This document shows positions 57,101-64,000 of a stretch of DNA of 64,000 nt, piece after piece. Position numbers and translations under genes: made by a program. The stretch lies in assembly GCA_007127715.1 (NCBI GenBank), contig SKYU01000004.1, forward strand, positions 681 to 64,680, written 5' to 3'. The notes under the pieces were generated by a model. It made no database searches. It was given only the letters and a program-made list of their open reading frames with translations, and was not told where the DNA came from. The DNA is from Gammaproteobacteria bacterium. GTDB lineage: Bacteria > Pseudomonadota > Gammaproteobacteria > Steroidobacterales > PWYM01. How positions within the stretch are numbered: position 1 is the first letter of the stretch; each line of letters opens with the position of its first letter.

Positions 57101-58197
57101 AGGAAGACCTGCGAGGGATCGAGTTCCAGCGTGACCGGCTGGCGCTCGGCCGGCAGGAAAACGCCAGGCATGCGGGAGTGCCCATGGATTTCCTCGCCCT
57201 CTGCGGTATGGACGCACAGGTGAAGCAGGCTGCTGCGACCGAGCAGGCGTGACATGATGACGTGCGAGCGTTCATGCCGCCCGGGATCCCCCACCGGCCG
57301 GACGTTCACGGCCTCAGGCCGGATCAGGACATCGAGGGCCGTGCCGTCGGGATAGCCAGGCGCGGGCACTACGCCGAAGGCGGTACGGACCTCGCCGCTG
57401 ACGACCACGCCGGTCACCTCGTTGACCTCGCCGAAAAAGCGCACGACGAACGGATCGGACGGGTGACAGTAGAGCTCGGTCGGTGTGCCCACCTGCAGGA
57501 TCCGGCCATCGCGCATCAGCGCGATCCGATCAGCCATGAACATGGCCTCTTCGGGATCGTGGGTGACCATAAGCGTGCCTGCGCCACATGCCTTGAGCAG
57601 GTGCAGCGTGTCGTCCCGGGTCTGTTCGCGCAAACGCGTGTCGAGTGCCGAGAACGGCTCGTCCAGCAGCATCAGCGCCGGTGCCGGGGCAACGGCGCGG
57701 GCCAGGGCCACCCGTTGCTGCTGCCCGCCGGAGAGCACGTGAGGATAGCTCGTGGCGTGAGCGGCGAGCCCCAGCCGCTCAAGCAGTTCGAGCGCGCGCG
57801 CCCGGCGCGCGGCAGAGGGCATGCGGGTCAGCCCGAAGGTCACGTTCTCGAGCACCGTGAGGTGCGGAAAAAGGGCGGCGTCCTGGAACATCAGACCCAG
57901 GTTACGCCCCTCGGGCGGCACCTGGCGGCCGCCGGGTTGCGCAACCGTCTCACCCGCAAGCTGGACTTCGCCCTGCTGCAGGACCTCGAGGCCGGCGGCA
58001 ATCCGCAGCAGTGTGCTCTTGCCGCAGCCCGACGGTCCGAGCAGGCACACCACCTCGCCCGCCCGGACCTCCAGATCCACCCCCTCGAGTGCGGTGGTAT
58101 CGCCATAGCGATGACTGATGTCACGCATCGCCAGCGCGACAGCGCTTCCCGCGGGCGGCGCGGCGGTCTCGAACATTTCAGCGCGTGCGGTGGACAT
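57082..58197 (-). CDS. ABC transporter ATP-binding protein (FbpC/PotA-type, with a C-terminal TOBE-like domain)
   Basis: Walker A LLGPSGCGKSTLL, signature LSGGQQQRVALARA, Walker B LMLLDEPFSALD. The start is uncertain (58197 or 58176). The track start at 58323 runs through the AT-rich Fur-box region. Confidence 0.85.
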   Translation of the reverse strand: MSTARAEMFETAAPPAGSAVALAMRDISHRYGDTTALEGVDLEVRAGEVVCLLGPSGCGKSTLLRIAAGLEVLQQGEVQLAGETVAQPGGRQVPPEGRNLGLMFQDAALFPHLTVLENVTFGLTRMPSAARRARALELLERLGLAAHATSYPHVLSGGQQQRVALARAVAPAPALMLLDEPFSALDTRLREQTRDDTLHLLKACGAGTLMVTHDPEEAMFMADRIALMRDGRILQVGTPTELYCHPSDPFVVRFFGEVNEVTGVVVSGEVRTAFGVVPAPGYPDGTALDVLIRPEAVNVRPVGDPGRHERSHVIMSRLLGRSSLLHLCVHTAEGEEIHGHSRMPGVFLPAERQPVTLELDPSQVFLYPRSG

Positions 58198-58289
58198 GGC
58201 GGACTTGGTGGCTGTGTGAACCGCCAAGATATGGAAACGAGAATTGTTTGTAAACGTGGCGCGTCGACATTGCGTCATCCATCTGAGTA

Positions 58290-58308
58290 AGTAATAATAA
58301 TCATTATC
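58290..58308. promoter_or_regulatory. Fur box
   Basis: AGTAATAATAATCATTATC matches the 19-bp consensus GATAATGATAATCATTATC at 16 of 19 positions. It sits in the only AT-rich patch of the region, 33 bp upstream of the Fe(III)-binding protein ATG and divergent from the ATPase gene. Confidence 0.8.
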
Positions 58309-58340
58309 ATTCACCTTGCTCACTGCGGACGGATCTGCCC

Positions 58341-59369
58341 ATGCTTCGACGTTTGCTGCTGCCTCTGGTTCTCGGCCTTGTCACACTTGCCCTCACCGGT
58401 TGTAGTGCGCCTCGGGAGGATCAGCTGTTCGTCTATTCGGCGCGCCACTACGATAGCGACACCCTGCTGTTCGAGCGTTTCACGGCATTGACCGGCATCG
58501 AGGTCCGCGTGCTGCAGGGCAGCTCCGACGAGCTCATGGAGCGGCTTGAGCGCGAGGGCGTCGCCAGCCCCGCCGATGTCCTGCTGACGGTGGACGCCGG
58601 GCGACTGTGGCGCGCCGAGCAGGCAGGGCTGCTCGAGCCGGTCGACTCCGAGCTGCTCCGTGCGCGCATTCCCGAGCATCTGCGCCATCCCGAGGGTTTC
58701 TGGTTCGGCTTCAGCCAGCGCCTGCGCGTCATTTTCTACAACCTCGAGAATTTCGATCCGGCCACGGTGGCGCGTTACGAGGACCTCGCCGACCCGGCGC
58801 TGGCCGGGCGGGTGTGTATCCGCTCGTCGAACAACATCTACAACCAGTCGCTGCTGGCCTCGCTCATCAGCCATCACGGGGTGGAGGAGACCGAGGCATG
58901 GGCCCGCGGCCTGGTCGCGAACCTCGCACGGCCGCCGCAGGGGGGCGACACCGACCAGATCCTGGGGGCCGCGGCCGGCGAATGCGAACTTGCCGTGGCC
59001 AACCACTACTACTACCTCCGGCTGCTGGAGTCCGAGGACCCCGCGCGTCGCGCGGCGGCTGCACGGGTGGGGATCATCTTCCCGAACACGGAGGATCGCG
59101 GTGTGCACGTGAATGTTGGCGGTGCCGGCGTGGTCCGTGGCGCTCCCAACCGCGAGAATGCCGTGCGTTTCCTGGAGTACCTCGCCTCCGACGAGGCCCA
59201 GGCGGTGTTCGCGGGCGCGAATTTCGAGTACCCGGTGGTGCGTGGCGCGGAGATGGATCCGGCGATCGTGGCCTGGGGTGACCTCCGGCTCGACTCGGTC
59301 GCCGTCTCGGAACTCGGGCGTTACAACCCAGAGGCCGTCAGGCTGGCTGACCGCGTCGGCTGGCGCTAG
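58341..59369 (+). CDS. Fe(III) ABC transporter periplasmic substrate-binding lipoprotein (FbpA/FutA-like)
   Basis: Lipobox LALTGCS. LFVYSARHYDSD...IEVRVLQGSSDELMERL...ADVLLTVDAGRLW is typical of the ferric-binding protein family. Confidence 0.85.
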   Translation: MLRRLLLPLVLGLVTLALTGCSAPREDQLFVYSARHYDSDTLLFERFTALTGIEVRVLQGSSDELMERLEREGVASPADVLLTVDAGRLWRAEQAGLLEPVDSELLRARIPEHLRHPEGFWFGFSQRLRVIFYNLENFDPATVARYEDLADPALAGRVCIRSSNNIYNQSLLASLISHHGVEETEAWARGLVANLARPPQGGDTDQILGAAAGECELAVANHYYYLRLLESEDPARRAAAARVGIIFPNTEDRGVHVNVGGAGVVRGAPNRENAVRFLEYLASDEAQAVFAGANFEYPVVRGAEMDPAIVAWGDLRLDSVAVSELGRYNPEAVRLADRVGWR

Positions 59370-60559
59370 CGGGCCCGCCCGGAAGCCGCTGTTTCAGGCG
59401 GCTCGGGCAGCGGTCTGGACAGCAGGGCGGCAAGCAGGAACCCGCCTGCGCCGAGAATCATCGCCGCAGCGACGAGACTGACCGGCACGCCGGTCACGCC
59501 CAGCATGGCGCCGTAAATCGGTACGCCCACGGCCTGACCCATGAAGAAGAAAAAGGCGTGCAGGGACACGGCCGAGCCGCGGTGGCCGGGTGCAAGCTCA
59601 GTGGCTTGCGTCTGCAGCGAATTGTGGACCGAGAAGAAGCCGAAGCCGATGAATACGAAACCGATGGCCGCGGGCCACCAGGGCCCGGAGAAGGCGACCG
59701 TTACAAATCCCGTGGCGGTCATCATCCCACCCAGGCGCATGAGGTTGAACATGCCCCCGAGGCGCGCGAGCAGTCGCTTGACGATGCCGGCATAGATCAG
59801 ACCGCCAACGCCCATGCCCGCGATGATGAAGCCCGCCTCGCGGATGCCACCGGCGCTGCGCGCTTCCAGCACGATGGCCACAAAGGGCATGAAGCCGAAG
59901 ATCAGCAGGCCCTCGATGAATACGGCGCTGAAACAGATTCGGGCGCGCGGGTTGGAGAACACGGCGCGGTAGCCGGTCATGATGCTGCCGAGGCTGAACC
60001 GCCCGGCCGGTGCCCTGGCGCGTGGCTGCAGATAGCGCAACGTCATGATCAGCGACACCGCGCTCAGTACAGTGGCAAGCGCCATCACGGTTCGCCAGCC
60101 ATAGGCATCGGCAATCACCCCTGAGGTCACCGCCCCCAGCAGCAGCGCGACGATCATGGCGGCCAGGACTCGCGACAGCGCCACCTGCCGGGTCTCCATG
60201 GGGAAACGGTCACCGACCACCGCCAGCGCGACCGGGATGAGCCCGCCGCCGGCGATGCCCGAGACGATGCGGGCGGCGAACAGCACCTCGACATTCGGGG
60301 CCAGCGCACACACCAGCAGGGAGAGTGTCAGCACCGCCAGACAGGCTTTCATGACCCGCGCCTTGCCCGCCGAGTCGCCAAGTGGCCCGAGAATCGGCTG
60401 GCTGAGCGCATAGGGAAAGGCGACTGCGGTGGCCAGCAGTGCGATCAGTTCGGGCGATGCTGCCAGGTCGCGGGCGATGCCCGGCACCATCGGGTCGACG
60501 ACGCGCAGCGACAGGGAGGCCACAAAACAGGCGAGGGCGAGGACGACGAGCAGCGGCAT
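59366..60559 (-). CDS. MFS transporter
   Basis: 12 TM helices. MFS loop motif GPLGDSAGKARVM. Start set at ATG 60559 (MPLLVVLALA). Its stop overlaps the convergent fbpA-like stop by 4 bp. Confidence 0.85.
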   Translation of the reverse strand: MPLLVVLALACFVASLSLRVVDPMVPGIARDLAASPELIALLATAVAFPYALSQPILGPLGDSAGKARVMKACLAVLTLSLLVCALAPNVEVLFAARIVSGIAGGGLIPVALAVVGDRFPMETRQVALSRVLAAMIVALLLGAVTSGVIADAYGWRTVMALATVLSAVSLIMTLRYLQPRARAPAGRFSLGSIMTGYRAVFSNPRARICFSAVFIEGLLIFGFMPFVAIVLEARSAGGIREAGFIIAGMGVGGLIYAGIVKRLLARLGGMFNLMRLGGMMTATGFVTVAFSGPWWPAAIGFVFIGFGFFSVHNSLQTQATELAPGHRGSAVSLHAFFFFMGQAVGVPIYGAMLGVTGVPVSLVAAAMILGAGGFLLAALLSRPLPEPPETAASGRAR

Positions 60560-60748
60560 GGTGGCGCGCACTCTACTCCCCGGGCGCGTGTTTCGGAAGC
60601 GTCGAGGCGTCGGCTCGGGGCCGGCAGCGCGTTGCGCCGGGCCCGACGGGATGGCGTAGACGATCGGGTTCACGGGGCTCGTGGCCTGGGCACGGGAGTA
60701 TCATGGCACGGTACCCTGTAGGTGTTCGCTGAGAAAAGAGCGGGATTG

Positions 60749-61546
60749 ATGTGCCCCACATCGAGTGAAGTCGAGGGTCGCCTTCGCGCCCGCGTGCGTC
60801 ATCTGTATACCGGACGAACCCGGGATGCTGCACGCTTCCGTTATGGACTGATCGCCATGGACGTGCTGACGATCGGGTTTTTCATCGTAACGGCCCCGCT
60901 GCAGCCGACCACAGTGATCATTCTGGGTGAGGTGGTCATCGGCCTGGCGATCCTTGTGGATCTGTTTTCACGGTTATGGATCTCTCCAAACCGATGGCGC
61001 ACGCTGCGGCAGGTGTACACGCTGGCCGATCTCGTCGTGGTCGCTTCGCTGGTGCTGGCACCACTGCTGGGTCAGAGCCTGGCTTTCCTCAAGGTGCTCC
61101 GCGCGCTTCGGCTGGTTCACTCCTACCAGGTGCTGCGCGATCTCCGCCGGGACACCGTGTTTTTCCGGGAACATGAAGACACGATTCTTGCAGCGGTCAA
61201 TCTGTTCGTTTTCATCTTCGTCTCTGCCGCGATCGTATTCGTCCTGCACTTCGACGACGAGCCGGGCGCCGCCAATTTCATCGATGCCCTCTACTTCACC
61301 ATAGCCACGCTGACCACCACCGGCTACGGCGATATCACCATGACGACGCCCGGTGGGCGGTTGCTCGCAGCGTTCATGATGATTATCGGCGTGGCGCTGT
61401 TTTTCCGACTTGCGCGGGCGCTGTTTCTCCCGCGGAAAGTACATCACCAGTGCGGTAACTGTGGTCTTGATCGTCACGAGACCGACGCGATCCACTGCAA
61501 GCACTGCGGCGAGGATCTCAAGATTCCTACTCATGGGGCGGGTTGA
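60749..61546 (+). CDS. Six-TM voltage-sensor-type potassium channel with a C-terminal zinc-ribbon
   Basis: S4-like LKVLRALRLVHSYQVLRDLRR (basic residue every third position). Selectivity filter TLTTTGYGDI. C-terminal CGNCG-x12-CKHCG. The start is ambiguous (GTG 60722 or ATG 60749). Confidence 0.8.
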   Translation: MCPTSSEVEGRLRARVRHLYTGRTRDAARFRYGLIAMDVLTIGFFIVTAPLQPTTVIILGEVVIGLAILVDLFSRLWISPNRWRTLRQVYTLADLVVVASLVLAPLLGQSLAFLKVLRALRLVHSYQVLRDLRRDTVFFREHEDTILAAVNLFVFIFVSAAIVFVLHFDDEPGAANFIDALYFTIATLTTTGYGDITMTTPGGRLLAAFMMIIGVALFFRLARALFLPRKVHHQCGNCGLDRHETDAIHCKHCGEDLKIPTHGAG

Positions 61547-61549
61547 GGA

Positions 61550-62785
61550 ATGCAACAGGTGTCGCGCGACCTCGATACGGCGTCCGGATTGAGCGGGCAG
61601 CCGGTAAGCGTGCTCGGCGCCGGCATCGCCGGACTGGCGAGTGCGCTGGCATTGGCGCGGCGGGGTGCGGCGGTGAGCGTGCTCGAGCAGGCACCAGCGC
61701 TCATCGAAGTGGGTGCCGGATTACAGGTCAGTCCAAACGGTGCACGGGTACTCCGAGCCCTCGGGCTGGGCGAGGCGCTTGCCACGACCGGGCTGGCAGC
61801 GGCGGCCGTGGAGCTGAGGGACGGATTCAGCGGCCGGCAGGTGCTTCGCCTGGACCTGCAGGGTGCCGCCCATGCCGCGGGCGGCGGCTACTTCTTCGTG
61901 CATCGCGCTGACCTCGTCAGCCTGTTGCTCGAAGCGGTAATCGAGGCGGGTGTGCGCGTGGAGACGGCCTGTCGTATCGAGCGCCTCGATCCGGGCGCCA
62001 TGGGCGTTACCCTGTCGAGTGACAATGGACGCTCGCGGGAGGCCGCGCTGCTGGTGGGGGCGGACGGCCTGCATTCGGTCGTGCGCCGTCGGCTCGATCC
62101 CGAAGCACAGCCGTTTTTCACCGGTCAGGTCGCGTGGCGGGCCGTGATACCCGAGCAGCCCGGTGCCCCGGCAGTGGCGCAGGTGTTCATGGGGCCCGGT
62201 CGCCACCTGGTCAGCTACCCCTTGCGTGGTGGCCGGCTTCGCAATCTGGTGGCGGTGGAGGAACGCGCACGCTGGGCGGAAGAGGGCTGGCATCATCAGG
62301 ATGATCCCGCCAGGCTGCGGGCGGCCTTTGCGGCGTTCGGCGGACCTGTGCCCGGGTGGCTGGCCGCGGTGGAGGAGGTCTTCCTGTGGGGGCTGTTCCG
62401 GCACGAGGTGGCCCGACACTGGCATGCGGGACGCTGTGTGCTGGTGGGCGATGCGGCACATCCCACGCTGCCGTTCCTGGCCCAGGGGGCCAACATGGGC
62501 CTGGAGGACGCCTGGGTGCTGGCCTGGGCGCTGGCGCGTCATGCCTCGCCCGAGGTGGCCTTCGCGGCCTACCAGGCGGCGCGTGAGGCGCGGGTCAGGC
62601 GGATCGTCGCCGCTGCCCAGGGCAATGCACGGGCCTACCATCTATCCGGTCCCACGCGCTGGCTGGCCCACCGGCTGCTGGGCCTGGGTGGGCGGCTTGC
62701 ACCGGGGTTCGCGCTGCAGCGCTTCGACTGGCTGTACGGACACGACGTCACGGCCGCTTGTTCCGATCAGCGCGGCACGCTCTAA
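61550..62785 (+). CDS. FAD-dependent aromatic-ring monooxygenase (salicylate-hydroxylase/UbiH-like)
   Basis: [34 protein letters not shown] and [33 protein letters not shown] directly upstream. Confidence 0.85.
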   Translation: MQQVSRDLDTASGLSGQPVSVLGAGIAGLASALALARRGAAVSVLEQAPALIEVGAGLQVSPNGARVLRALGLGEALATTGLAAAAVELRDGFSGRQVLRLDLQGAAHAAGGGYFFVHRADLVSLLLEAVIEAGVRVETACRIERLDPGAMGVTLSSDNGRSREAALLVGADGLHSVVRRRLDPEAQPFFTGQVAWRAVIPEQPGAPAVAQVFMGPGRHLVSYPLRGGRLRNLVAVEERARWAEEGWHHQDDPARLRAAFAAFGGPVPGWLAAVEEVFLWGLFRHEVARHWHAGRCVLVGDAAHPTLPFLAQGANMGLEDAWVLAWALARHASPEVAFAAYQAAREARVRRIVAAAQGNARAYHLSGPTRWLAHRLLGLGGRLAPGFALQRFDWLYGHDVTAACSDQRGTL

Positions 62786-64000
62786 TGCGCGACATGCCTC
62801 AGGATACGCTGACCATGACGCCATCATCGCCTCCGCCGTTCGAGACCGGGCTGGTCAGTCCGCGCCCGCTCACCGGTTATCGAAAGTACTGGGCCCATCG
62901 GCTGACCCCCGCGCCGGTGCTGCCGATGTCCCGCGCCGAGATGGACGCGCTCGGCTGGGACAGTTGCGACGTGATCATCGTGACCGGGGATGCCTATGTG
63001 GACCACCCGAGCTTCGGCATGGCGATCGTCGGCCGGGTGCTCGAAGCGCAGGGTTTCCGCGTCGGCATCATTGCTCAGCCCGACTGGCGGGACACCACGG
63101 CGTTCGAGGCACTCGGACGGCCCAACCTGTTCTTCGGCGTGACGGGCGGCAACATGGATTCCATGGTCAACCGCTACACCTCCGATCGGCGTATGCGCAG
63201 CGACGATGCCTACACGCCCGGCGGCGAGGGCGGCCGTCGGCCTGATCGCAGCGTCATTGTCTATACCCAGCGCCTGCGCGAGGCCTTCGGGCAGGTGCCG
63301 GTCATCGTCGGCGGGATCGAGGCGAGCCTGCGACGCATCGCCCACTACGACTACTGGTCGGAGAAGGTCCGGCGCTCGGTCCTGGTCGACTCTCACGCCG
63401 ACCTGCTGCTTTATGGCAATGCCGAGCGTGCCCTGGTCGAAATCGCCCATCGCCTGGCACGGCGCGAGCCGATCGCCGAGATTACCGACGTCCGGGGGAC
63501 GGTCTTCTGCCGTGGGGTGCCCGAGGGCTGGATCGAGATCGACTCGACCCATCTCGATACGCCCGGCCGGATCGAGCCGCATGCCGACCCCTATGCCGTC
63601 ACGCCCCAGGCTGGGAACGGTGCAGCGGGGCGCGGGGAGGAGACCCCCTGCGCCAGCCAGGAACAGGCTGGGGCGAGTGGCGAGGCCGGGGTGCGCGTCG
63701 TGCGCTTCGTGCGTGATGTGCGCAGTCAGGACCGTGGTCGCAGTGTCATCCGGCTCCCGTCGTTCGAACAGGTCAAGGCAGACCCGGTACTCTACGCGCA
63801 CGCCTCGCGGATTCTGCACCTGGAGTCCAATCCTGGAAACGCGCGGTCGCTGGTCCAGCGCCATGGCGAGGTCGATGTGTTCGTGACACCGCCGCCGATC
63901 CCGCTCGGCACGGCCGAGATGGACGCGATCTACGAGCTTCCCTATACACGTCTGCCACACCCGGCCTATGGCGAGGCGAAGATCCCGGCCTACGAGATGA
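62785..64000 (+). CDS. ygiQ: YgiQ family radical SAM protein (UPF0313), 3' end cut by the window edge
   Basis: It is not in the ORF track because no stop lies in the window. The frame-1 translation [56 protein letters not shown]...[23 protein letters not shown]...[17 protein letters not shown] is near-collinear with E. coli YgiQ as I recall it. ATG 62785 overlaps the upstream TAA. ATG 62794 and 62812 are alternatives. Confidence 0.85.
   Translation, partial: MRDMPQDTLTMTPSSPPPFETGLVSPRPLTGYRKYWAHRLTPAPVLPMSRAEMDALGWDSCDVIIVTGDAYVDHPSFGMAIVGRVLEAQGFRVGIIAQPDWRDTTAFEALGRPNLFFGVTGGNMDSMVNRYTSDRRMRSDDAYTPGGEGGRRPDRSVIVYTQRLREAFGQVPVIVGGIEASLRRIAHYDYWSEKVRRSVLVDSHADLLLYGNAERALVEIAHRLARREPIAEITDVRGTVFCRGVPEGWIEIDSTHLDTPGRIEPHADPYAVTPQAGNGAAGRGEETPCASQEQAGASGEAGVRVVRFVRDVRSQDRGRSVIRLPSFEQVKADPVLYAHASRILHLESNPGNARSLVQRHGEVDVFVTPPPIPLGTAEMDAIYELPYTRLPHPAYGEAKIPAYEM

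Overview
Dense chromosomal segment, roughly two-thirds G+C by eye. It reads like a high-GC gammaproteobacterium, which is an inference from gene families and operon style only, since no search was possible. I can support about 53 protein-coding genes (two cut by the window edges), two gene remnants, one strong Fur box, several candidate operators and one clear bidirectional terminator hairpin. I saw no rRNA, tRNA, CRISPR array, transposase, integrase or phage gene. Many long ORFs in the track are antisense shadows of real genes, as expected at this GC content, and are rejected.

Main blocks:
- 1-3.5 kb: MMPL-type RND exporter and a DcaP-like porin.
- 3.8-14.9 kb: a CrbS/CrbR-type locus. It holds a LuxR-type response regulator, a DUF4212 plus sodium:solute symporter pair, an unknown membrane ORF and an SLC5-domain hybrid histidine kinase. 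Divergent from the kinase is a membrane sensor/pseudokinase fused to a DEDDh exonuclease, followed by a cNMP/CBS/DUF294 nucleotidyltransferase.
- 15-25 kb: NnrU, an NTF2-like protein, a TonB-dependent receptor, methyltransferases, an orphan ParA, a DgcN/DgcA-like pair and an FAD oxidoreductase.
- 25.5-27.3 kb: two translationally coupled unknown membrane proteins.
- 27.4-33.5 kb: AvtA, AmiD, a ferrochelatase-like protein, DUF3775, a Crp/Fnr regulator, a PilZ protein and an MscS-like channel.
- 33.7-38.5 kb: TetR-MFP-RND efflux operon.
- 38.6-47.4 kb: ABC-2 exporter, atypical pyruvate-kinase-like protein, 5'-nucleotidase, a PLD remnant, a CDGSH-glutamate-synthase-like fusion and a squalene/phytoene synthase-like gene.
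- 47.4-55.2 kb: a tightly packed minus-strand array of TPR-2OG oxygenase, Zn metalloprotease, ChaN, CopA and a methyltransferase.
- 55.4-59.4 kb: a rearranged Fe(III) ABC importer with a Fur box.
- 59.4-64 kb: MFS transporter, Kv-like K+ channel with a zinc ribbon, FAD monooxygenase and YgiQ (3' truncated).

The candidate I rate highest for undescribed biology is the sensor-pseudokinase-exonuclease plus DUF294 nucleotidyltransferase pair at 10.86-14.92 kb. The coupled unknown membrane pair at 25.47-27.34 kb comes second. All family calls come from reading motifs in the translations. No database search was possible, and start codons are often ambiguous.
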